Source: a virus
DNA: 62,752 nt
Virus record (IMG/VR): IMGVR_UViG_3300032435_000007
Reading direction: 5' to 3' (one strand)
This document shows positions 14,779 to 21,690 of this stretch, piece by piece. The translations under genes were made by a program, and so were the position numbers. The notes under the pieces are model-generated. The model saw only the letters and a list, made by a program, of their open reading frames with translations. It ran no database searches and was not told the DNA's origin. Each line of letters begins with the position of its first letter. Within the stretch, counting starts at the first letter, position 1.

Positions 14779-15057
14779 ATGACAAACACAAATATGGAAC
14801 CAATGAACCGCACTATAATAATCGGGAACGCTGGACATGTCTGGGTAGCCGAGCAGGTAACCAAGGATGATATGTTCTTCCACCTGCATAATGCTAGGAC
14901 AATACGGGTATGGGGTACTTCGCGAGGGCTTAACCAGCTTGCCGTGGAGGGACCTTCAAAAGAGACTGTATTGGATGCGCAGACAGATATTATATCCCTG
15001 CTTCACCATGCCACTATCGCGCTAGTCCCATGCCGCCAAGGTTTGGATTGGAAGTAA
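14779..15057 (+). CDS. hypothetical early protein (92 aa)
   Basis: AAGGAA RBS precedes ATG 14779. The IIIGNAGHVWV..ARTIRVWGTSRGL pattern looks like a conserved phage family I cannot name. Confidence 0.55.
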   Translation: MTNTNMEPMNRTIIIGNAGHVWVAEQVTKDDMFFHLHNARTIRVWGTSRGLNQLAVEGPSKETVLDAQTDIISLLHHATIALVPCRQGLDWK

Positions 15058-15071
15058 GAAAAGGAAAGAAA

Positions 15072-15212
15072 ATGAAGGAAAATAAACAAACGCCCAAGGA
15101 AGCAGAGCAAGCCGGTAGCTTCCGCCATTGGGAATATGTGTATCACGCAGGACAATGGATTCCTGTGGAGAAGAAGCAAGCAGAAGTAACATTGTTAGGA
15201 GCAAGAGCATGA
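15072..15212 (+). CDS. hypothetical small protein (46 aa)
   Basis: AAGGAAAG RBS. The stop overlaps the next start (ATGA at 15209-15212). The 3' coding end contains the palindrome motif. Confidence 0.4.
   Translation: MKENKQTPKEAEQAGSFRHWEYVYHAGQWIPVEKKQAEVTLLGARA
15187..15199. promoter_or_regulatory. palindromic early-region motif (GTAACATTGTTAG)
   Basis: Runs into the AGGAG Shine-Dalgarno sequence, 9 nt upstream of ATG 15209. Confidence 0.75.
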
Positions 15213-15976
15213 ACAAGAGAAAAACATATACGTACGGAACCTATGCCTATTATAGTAACCTTATAAGAACCACTACGCCTTTTGTTAAAGGCCGGTGTGT
15301 AGGCAAGATACCTATAGGGGATAGGCGGAGAAATTGGGAGCAAATACGCAGAGAGGGGGACGATATTGTAATATCCTTCGGAACCCATGACTGCTTACGG
15401 TTCAAGAAGAACGGACAGGTAGTTATCAATACTGGTATATACCAATACTATTCGCTCATTAACTTTATCTCTGGTCGCCTACAATGGAGTACTAATTTGT
15501 TTATGAACCGAGGTGTAATATGCCTGAGCAACGCGCTTGGGGTATTCAGAGTGCCAGACGACACGGACTACGCGCTATACTCAACAATGCGGCCAATCAA
15601 CCCCGTCAAGGAAGTACGTTGGTACGTCAACCGTAAGGCTATGGCTAAGGTGCGAGCCACAGTAGCTGGCTTCAGGAAGTATGTGAAACTGATGTTCAAT
15701 CTCGCGGGTAAAGAACCACACGAGTATATGGATTTTGACATTAAAAAAAGGCTGGTCACTATCACATACGCAAAGCAGATTGTCACAGCTATGCAGGGAG
15801 AGGACTCGGAGCAATGGTACGCAACGCTGCAACATAGGTGGCGCAATTGGAGCGTAGACACTGTAGAGCGTATGATAACCCGCAGCCTGACAACCTATTA
15901 TGGCAATAAGGTTATGCGGAAAGAAGTGCTTCCCTATGGGGAATGGAAGCGGGAGATAAACAAACCCCCTGTCTAG
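15209..15976 (+). CDS. hypothetical early protein (255 aa from ATG 15209)
   Basis: The internal ATG with AGGAG is preferred over the ORF-track start at 15128. Confidence 0.6.
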   Translation: MNKRKTYTYGTYAYYSNLIRTTTPFVKGRCVGKIPIGDRRRNWEQIRREGDDIVISFGTHDCLRFKKNGQVVINTGIYQYYSLINFISGRLQWSTNLFMNRGVICLSNALGVFRVPDDTDYALYSTMRPINPVKEVRWYVNRKAMAKVRATVAGFRKYVKLMFNLAGKEPHEYMDFDIKKRLVTITYAKQIVTAMQGEDSEQWYATLQHRWRNWSVDTVERMITRSLTTYYGNKVMRKEVLPYGEWKREINKPPV

Positions 15977-15993
15977 GAGGCCCCCCACCCCTA

Positions 15994-16022
15994 TTGAAGT
16001 AAGCACACTATTGTGCTACATT
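15994..16022 (+). promoter_or_regulatory. sigma70-like promoter P3
   Basis: CCACCCCTATTGAAG, 17 nt, TGTGCTACATTA. Near-identical to P2. Confidence 0.6.
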
Positions 16023-16079
16023 ATAAACTCGACGCCGTGACTACAACTGAGCAACCCGCACCATCCGGTGCAATCACAC

Positions 16080-16092
16080 CTAACAATGTTAG
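16080..16092. promoter_or_regulatory. palindromic early-region motif (CTAACAATGTTAG; extends to the 15-bp CCTAACAATGTTAGG)
   Basis: 20 nt upstream of ATG 16113, in the predicted 5' UTR from P3. Confidence 0.75.
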
Positions 16093-16112
16093 GTTTTACA
16101 GGAGCATAAATC

Positions 16113-17189
16113 ATGTCTAATAAAGTATCTTTTGGTTCGACCGTTACCCTTTCTGAAGCAGCCAGCGTCATTCTGGCTTGCCCTAAGAACCGCGTCATTC
16201 TGGAGGGTGAGCCGGGAATTGGCAAGTCCACACTCCTAACGATGTTAGGTAAGGCGCTACCTGACCACAACCTTGCGTATATCGACGTACCCAATATGGA
16301 CCTTGGGGATACGTCTATGCCTGTCATCGACCATGACAACCGCGTGTGCAACTACTTCCCTAATGCGCGGTTCAGACTGACCGAGGATAAGCCGGTTATC
16401 ATCATGCTTGACGAGTTCACCAAGGGCATGGCTCCGGTTAAGAATATGCTGCATCCGTTGCTGGAGGAAAGCAACCCGCGCCTTGGGGATATCACACTAC
16501 ACCCAGACAGCTACGTGTTCCTGACGGGCAATCTGTCCAGCGATGGGGTAGGGGACAATCTCGCAGCGCATAGCGCCAACCGCCTAACAAGGTTATTGGT
16601 GTCCAAGCCAACCGCCGAGGAGTGGATTACATGGGCGTTGAACAGCGGGGAGGTTGACCCTGCTGTGCTAGCCTTTGTGGACAAGTACCCCGATGTGCTG
16701 GAAAGCTATCTTAACGAGGGGCAGAAGGAAAATAAGTATATCTTCCAGCCCCGCACTATGCAGCAAGCCTATGCTTCGCCACGGTCTTTGGTCAAGGCTA
16801 GCCGGTACGTGGAAAATCGCCACCTACTCCCTAACGAGAACACCCTTACGGCGTCTCTTATTGGTACTGTAGGACAGGCAACCGCTCGGGACTTGCAGGC
16901 GTTCGTCGCCTACCAAGATCAGCTTCCTACTTGGGACGCCATCATCAAGCAGCCTGACACTGCTGTAGTACCCACAAGTCCGGGCGCTTGTTCAGTGCTG
17001 GTCTATGGCGCGGTTACCAAGGTGGACGATGCAACCATCAAACCCTTCATGAAATATATCTCACGGTTTCAGGAAGAATGGCAAGCCGCTTTCGCTATCA
17101 ACGTAGCCAAGAACCCTAACAAGCAGAAGGTAGCGTTTACCAGCGATGCGTTCCGTAATTGGGTGCTGGAAAACGAAGACCTGTTATAA
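16113..17189 (+). CDS. MoxR/CobS-type AAA+ ATPase (358 aa)
   Basis: Walker A GEPGIGKST and Walker B IIMLDEFTKG. Paired with the downstream VWA protein. Confidence 0.75.
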   Translation: MSNKVSFGSTVTLSEAASVILACPKNRVILEGEPGIGKSTLLTMLGKALPDHNLAYIDVPNMDLGDTSMPVIDHDNRVCNYFPNARFRLTEDKPVIIMLDEFTKGMAPVKNMLHPLLEESNPRLGDITLHPDSYVFLTGNLSSDGVGDNLAAHSANRLTRLLVSKPTAEEWITWALNSGEVDPAVLAFVDKYPDVLESYLNEGQKENKYIFQPRTMQQAYASPRSLVKASRYVENRHLLPNENTLTASLIGTVGQATARDLQAFVAYQDQLPTWDAIIKQPDTAVVPTSPGACSVLVYGAVTKVDDATIKPFMKYISRFQEEWQAAFAINVAKNPNKQKVAFTSDAFRNWVLENEDLL

Positions 17190-17208
17190 AGTGAGGGGAC
17201 CTTCTGTA

Positions 17209-17475
17209 ATGGCTAAGACATATGACATAAAGGAAGTGCGTCTCTCGGTGAATAAATTCACTCGGGGGGCTAGCAGTCCTGTTAAATACACTCGGGAGGC
17301 TAGCAGTCCTGTAAAAGTATTCGAGGACCGCCCACCTGTGTTTCCTTATGTGGTGGAGTTCTATCTATTTGACCCAAGGAAGAATGATTATACGGATATC
17401 TTCATTGTTTCAGCAGTTGATGAAATGGATGCGTTCGTAAAAGGAACAAAAAGGATTGAAAGATATAAGAAATAA
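17209..17475 (+). CDS. hypothetical protein (88 aa) with a short internal duplication (TRGASSPVK / TREASSPVK)
   Basis: GAGGGGA RBS precedes ATG 17209. That RBS is part of a third AGTGAGGGGACC copy. Confidence 0.5.
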   Translation: MAKTYDIKEVRLSVNKFTRGASSPVKYTREASSPVKVFEDRPPVFPYVVEFYLFDPRKNDYTDIFIVSAVDEMDAFVKGTKRIERYKK

Positions 17476-17599
17476 CCAGTGGAATTTCCAAGTGGGGACA
17501 CCCCCTAGTCCACTAATCAAGACTATCCTGCCAACGCGTGTGTATGTTGGTTAAACCTGTCCACTGGTGACATAATTAACAGGGTAAGGGTAGTCGGGG

Positions 17600-17612
17600 G
17601 TAACATTGTTAG
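17600..17612. promoter_or_regulatory. palindromic early-region motif (GTAACATTGTTAG) with an extended shared flank AGGTGGGCACTWTCATAA
   Basis: 43 nt upstream of ATG 17656. The 30-bp block is repeated at 19116-19145. Confidence 0.75.
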
Positions 17613-17655
17613 AGGTGGGCACTATCATAAGTGCCAGAGCAAGAGGAAAGAGCAA

Positions 17656-18861
17656 ATGAATATTCAAACAGCACATAAAGACACCGCCGAACGTAAGCTG
17701 AAGCGTGTGAAAATTGCCCTGATGCGTAACCCCAAGTTCGCGCTGTGGGCTGGCATCCTGATGGTAGGTGATACTATCGTAGACGACAACGTGCGTACTG
17801 CCTGTACCGATGGGAGGGATGAAATCTATGGCCGTAAGTTTGTAGAGGAACAAACCGATAAGGGCTTGGCCTATGTTATCCTGCACGAATGTCTGCACAA
17901 GGCGTTTCGTCATCTGTCTATCTGGCGTGGGTTGTTCAAACAAAATGCACGGTTGGCTAACATGGCTTGTGACTACGTGATTAACCTTATGCTCGAAGAG
18001 ATTGATCCTGAGCATAAGTTCATCGAACAGCCAACAATGGATGGCAAGACAGTCGGCCTCCTCGACAAGAAATATGCCGGTATGAACAGCAAGCAGGTGT
18101 TCGACCTACTCAAGAAGGAGCAGAAAAAGAAACCAGAAGGCCAGCAGTCCTTTGACAAACATGATTGGGAAGGGGCAGAAAGCCTGACCAAAGAAGAAGT
18201 AAAGGAACTGGAGCGGGAAATCGAACAGGCTGTGCGCCAAGGGCAGATGCAGCATGAGCGGTTGAATGGCAAAGGCGCGGGGAATATGGGCCGCGAGTTG
18301 GATGATTTGCTTAACCCCAAGATTGATTGGAAGGATGCGCTGCGGGAATTTATCCATCAGACCTGCGCTAACAAAGATACGTCCTCGTGGCGTAGGCCTA
18401 ACCGTCGGTTCCTGTACCAGAACATATATATGCCTAGCCTTGTCGGTGAACAGTGCGGGCGGTTGGTTATTGGCATCGATACTTCTGGTTCTATTCGGCA
18501 GGAAGAAATTACCCGCTTCCTATCCGAAGTGGCGGGCATTGTAGACCTTGTGCATCCAGAGGGCATCGACCTGATCTATTGGGACCACAAGATAGCAGGC
18601 CACGAAGAATATGATATGAATACGCTGCAAAGCCTAACGACCTCGACCAAACCATGTGGGGGCGGTGGTACGTCACCAGCTTGTGTGATGGACTATATCG
18701 AAGAAAAGCACCTTGAGCCTGTCGCCGTACTTATGTTCACCGATGGGTATATTGGGGATTGGGGCGATAACTGGAAGCACCCATTGCTTTGGGTAATCCA
18801 GAATGGGGGCAGCCATATCGAAGCGCCCAACGGACGCACAATCAACATGGATGGAGTGTGA
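17656..18861 (+). CDS. VWA-domain protein with an N-terminal HExxH metallopeptidase-like domain (DUF2201-type partner of MoxR ATPases)
   Basis: HECLH (HExxH) near the N-terminus. MIDAS motif DTSGS (IGIDTSGSIRQEE) in the C-terminal half. Confidence 0.7.
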   Translation: MNIQTAHKDTAERKLKRVKIALMRNPKFALWAGILMVGDTIVDDNVRTACTDGRDEIYGRKFVEEQTDKGLAYVILHECLHKAFRHLSIWRGLFKQNARLANMACDYVINLMLEEIDPEHKFIEQPTMDGKTVGLLDKKYAGMNSKQVFDLLKKEQKKKPEGQQSFDKHDWEGAESLTKEEVKELEREIEQAVRQGQMQHERLNGKGAGNMGRELDDLLNPKIDWKDALREFIHQTCANKDTSSWRRPNRRFLYQNIYMPSLVGEQCGRLVIGIDTSGSIRQEEITRFLSEVAGIVDLVHPEGIDLIYWDHKIAGHEEYDMNTLQSLTTSTKPCGGGGTSPACVMDYIEEKHLEPVAVLMFTDGYIGDWGDNWKHPLLWVIQNGGSHIEAPNGRTINMDGV

Positions 18862-19118
18862 TGGACAACGCAAACCAAAAAGTAATCCTCCAAATGGGGA
18901 TGGTACATTTTGTTATGGATATGGAAGAAGCTATAACCATAACAAAGATATTAGGGAAATCCGAGCGGTTCAAGCGGCAAGGTTACGGCGACAATGCGAC
19001 TTTCCATATATGGGAAGAAGCAGAGGCACCACTTGAACCTACTCGGGCAATCCATCTTTTGGACCAGACAACCTATAATATCGCCAAGCTGGCTGGCAAA
19101 CCAGTAGGCGACGCCTAA
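18861..19118 (+). CDS. hypothetical protein (85 aa)
   Basis: ATG 18861 overlaps the upstream stop (TGATG). Confidence 0.5.
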   Translation: MDNANQKVILQMGMVHFVMDMEEAITITKILGKSERFKRQGYGDNATFHIWEEAEAPLEPTRAIHLLDQTTYNIAKLAGKPVGDA

Positions 19119-19127
19119 CAATGTTAG
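19115..19127. promoter_or_regulatory. palindromic early-region motif (CTAACAATGTTAG) plus the shared flank
   Basis: Overlaps the stop codon of 18861..19118. 45 nt upstream of ATG 19173. Confidence 0.75.
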
Positions 19128-19172
19128 AGGTGGGCACTTTCATAACCAAACTGAGCAAGAAGGACTAACATC

Positions 19173-20024
19173 ATGAGCATCAATACAGCAGCAATCCTCG
19201 TTGAAATGAATATCAGCGTATGGACAGCAAATAAGATAGACCGGGCCGCGTCTATCAAAGTCAACTCAACCTCTCATGCTAGCAGCGATGCGGGCAAGTA
19301 CCGCAAGAACCTTATGGCTGGTACGACAAAACGCAAGGCTATCGCAGACTACGCGGCACAGTGTCGGTTGTGGCATAACCAGCAGACGTTGCCTTGGTCT
19401 GATAAGGGTTCGCGGCTTATCCCTATGTCGCTATTCATGGACTACAAGCAGGAGGCCGCCGTACGCCGTGACATATTCGATGTTATGGTGACGGACTTCC
19501 TCGCTAACTACGAAGACCATGTTGCGGCTAGTGAAGCACACCTTGGGGATTTGTTTGACCCCAACGATTACCCTAGTGCGGCGCAAGTGGCGGATAAGTT
19601 TGGCTATCGCCTTGTGTTCTCCCCACTGCCTGACTCGGGAGACTTCCGCGTAGACGCACCCGCTGCGGAAGTGGAGGAACTACGCAAGCAGTACGAAGCA
19701 AGTGTGGACGAGCGCGTAGCCGAAGCCATGCAGACGCCGTGGAACCGGTTGCATGAAATGCTTATCAGCATGACCGATAAGTTGGGGCGCGAGGAGCAGG
19801 GCAAGGATACCCGCTGGTACGACTCGTTCATTAACAATGCTACGACGTTGTGCCAGATGCTTACCCATCTTAACGTAACAGGTGACCCGAAGCTGGAGCT
19901 AGCAAGGAAAGACCTTGAACGCGCCATGATGGGTGTGACCATTGACGATGTACGCGAGGACGATAGAACCCGCGAGACTATGAAGGAGCAACTTAGCGGC
20001 ATCCTCAAAAACTATGAATGGTAG
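19173..20024 (+). CDS. conserved hypothetical protein (283 aa), possibly DUF3150-like
   Basis: The N-terminal pattern LVEMNISVWTANKIDR..AGKYRKNLM..TLPWSDKGSRL recalls a family often found beside MoxR/VWA pairs. This is from memory only. Confidence 0.5.
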   Translation: MSINTAAILVEMNISVWTANKIDRAASIKVNSTSHASSDAGKYRKNLMAGTTKRKAIADYAAQCRLWHNQQTLPWSDKGSRLIPMSLFMDYKQEAAVRRDIFDVMVTDFLANYEDHVAASEAHLGDLFDPNDYPSAAQVADKFGYRLVFSPLPDSGDFRVDAPAAEVEELRKQYEASVDERVAEAMQTPWNRLHEMLISMTDKLGREEQGKDTRWYDSFINNATTLCQMLTHLNVTGDPKLELARKDLERAMMGVTIDDVREDDRTRETMKEQLSGILKNYEW

Positions 20025-20040
20025 GATTAACTAATCACGA

Positions 20041-20053
20041 CTAACATTGTTAT
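20041..20053. promoter_or_regulatory. palindromic early-region motif (CTAACATTGTTAT, core perfect)
   Basis: 25 nt upstream of ATG 20079. Confidence 0.7.
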
Positions 20054-20078
20054 CGCTATTACACTAGGAGCAAGTACC

Positions 20079-20945
20079 ATGGAAGAAATTAAAAAAAGAA
20101 CAGTTCACAACGCGCCATATATCCAACTTACAGATGTGGACCCAACGAACGGCCATACTACTTTTGAAGTAGAAGATAGGTTGTTACCGTTATTGGATAT
20201 ACTTCGCGTCCGCCACCCAAAGTGGATGTTTGAGGGTAATCTAACAATTACAGGGGGTCATTTAATAAGGGGTGTGTGCATATCGTTGAACGACGAAATG
20301 CTTGGTCGGGTGAGATACGACTCCTATTATGGGTTTGTTATCCATAACAAACGTATAGAAGACAGCATGGAGAGAAAATCAGATAAGACTACCGCTAAGG
20401 CTGATACGGCCAAGAGGATTATTGAAAAGTATTTCCGCCCAAAAGACCACCTAGAACGTATGCGTGAGATAACTGGTAAGGCTAAAAAATTAGCGGCTGA
20501 ATATTCTACAACGGTGGGTTGCGATAAACGTAGGGCAACGCAAACCTTCCAGCGAATAGTTTGGAAGGAAGCCTTTGCGGATATACCCGCGACCATGGCG
20601 CGGCTGAATATACCGGAAAATGCAGAGGATGGTGCCGGTAACGTTGTAAAACTTCAAGCGCGCAGCGAAGAAGCGGATAAACTATACGCACAAATTGACA
20701 CCTCCAAGGGTGTATATATATTGGACATGGGTAGCCGTGTATTGACATATGAGTACGACCCTGAAGGTAAGTTGGCTTTCGCTGAGTACGAAAAAACAAA
20801 TATCCCACAGGAAATAAAGGCGTCCTATGGTATGTTAAAAATTGTAGCCGACGGTGACACGCTTCCCGATATCGGGGTAAGGATAAGCGATAAGGAATAC
20901 TTTATTTGCAAGAAGGATAAACCCGATGCCAAGACCGAAGGGTGA
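20079..20945 (+). CDS. hypothetical protein (288 aa)
   Basis: AGGAGC RBS. No motif recognised. Confidence 0.65.
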   Translation: MEEIKKRTVHNAPYIQLTDVDPTNGHTTFEVEDRLLPLLDILRVRHPKWMFEGNLTITGGHLIRGVCISLNDEMLGRVRYDSYYGFVIHNKRIEDSMERKSDKTTAKADTAKRIIEKYFRPKDHLERMREITGKAKKLAAEYSTTVGCDKRRATQTFQRIVWKEAFADIPATMARLNIPENAEDGAGNVVKLQARSEEADKLYAQIDTSKGVYILDMGSRVLTYEYDPEGKLAFAEYEKTNIPQEIKASYGMLKIVADGDTLPDIGVRISDKEYFICKKDKPDAKTEG

Positions 20946-21090
20946 GAACCCACCACTGAAGCACTTTACGTTGCGTATACCACAGGAGGTGTACGATTAT
21001 TTTAAGAGCACCGAAGATAATCCTTCCGCTGGTATGCGCAGGGTATTGGACAAGTATGTGCGGGAGTGGAGGCAGAGGGAGGACTTGTAG
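20926..21090 (+). CDS. small ribbon-helix-helix-like protein (54 aa; BrnA/CopG-like pattern)
   Basis: KHFTLRIPQEVYDYFKS...GMRRVLDKYVRE is colinear with RHH antitoxin-like proteins (VTIRLD..VL.WFK...IN.VLR.YV). Below the 60-aa cutoff of the ORF track. Confidence 0.45.
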   Translation: MPRPKGENPPLKHFTLRIPQEVYDYFKSTEDNPSAGMRRVLDKYVREWRQREDL

Positions 21091-21104
21091 ATAAGTAAGC
21101 AGCA

Positions 21105-21117
21105 CTAACAAGGTTAG
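21105..21117. promoter_or_regulatory. palindromic early-region motif, 1 mismatch (CTAACAAGGTTAG)
   Basis: Last copy, abutting the terminator at 21117. Confidence 0.55.
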
Positions 21118-21154
21118 GGGCGCGCGGGTAATAAAATCCTGCGCGCCCTTTTTT
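21117..21154 (+). terminator. rho-independent terminator ending the palindrome-bearing early block
   Basis: GGGCGCGC-loop-GCGCGCCC followed by TTTTTT. Confidence 0.85.
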
Positions 21155-21158
21155 GTGC

Positions 21159-21186
21159 TTGTAATGTGCATAACGCGTGGTATAGT
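21159..21186 (+). promoter_or_regulatory. sigma70-like promoter (middle / DNA-metabolism block)
   Basis: TTGTAA, 16 nt, TGGTATAGT (extended -10). Confidence 0.55.
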
Positions 21187-21208
21187 TGACGGACAAGGAG
21201 CAAGCACA

Positions 21209-21499
21209 GTGGCCGACACACCCGAGAAAAAAGTAAAGAAGCGCGTGACCGCACTACTCAAGGAGTACGGCGCGTATAACTTTTCCCCCATGACCCACGG
21301 CTACGGACGTAGCGGCATCCCCGATATCATAGCGTGTCACAACGGTAGGTTTATAGGTATAGAGTGCAAGGCTGGAACGGGTAAGGCTACAATCCTGCAA
21401 CTACGCGAACTAGCCGCCATTAAGACCGCTGGAGGGCTATCTATGATAGTGAATGAAAACAACCTGCACGAATTGGAAGGGTGGTTAAAGCTATTATGA
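21209..21499 (+). CDS. VRR-NUC domain nuclease (96 aa from GTG 21209)
   Basis: GIPDIIACHNGRFIGIECKAGTGKATILQ matches the PD-(D/E)xK VRR-NUC pattern. AAGGAG RBS precedes the GTG. Confidence 0.65.
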   Translation: MADTPEKKVKKRVTALLKEYGAYNFSPMTHGYGRSGIPDIIACHNGRFIGIECKAGTGKATILQLRELAAIKTAGGLSMIVNENNLHELEGWLKLL

Positions 21500-21690
21500 G
21501 AAGGGAAGCGGAACCATACCCCATGCACCATATGAAAGTGCCAGAAGACAAAGTGGAGCGGTTAGAGGACATAGATAGAATATGGGGTGAGTGCGTTACC
21601 TGTGGGGATATAACTGTTCTGGTTGCTCCCGCAGGGATATGCGGTGTGTGCGCCTTTGGTAAACCTATTCCACAAGACGGGAATATATAA
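21496..21690 (+). CDS. small zinc-ribbon protein (64 aa)
   Basis: CVTCG...CGVC pairs. ATGA overlap with the upstream stop. Confidence 0.5.
   Translation: MRREAEPYPMHHMKVPEDKVERLEDIDRIWGECVTCGDITVLVAPAGICGVCAFGKPIPQDGNI

Noticed and set aside
16236-16248. Intragenic near-copies of the early palindrome (CTAACGATGTTAG here; CTAACAAGGTTAT at 16583; spacerless CTAACGTTAG at 14587; half-sites at 8471 and 49047)
   Set aside because: They carry mismatches or altered spacing and lie inside coding sequence. I did not count them as bona fide sites, although weak secondary sites cannot be excluded.
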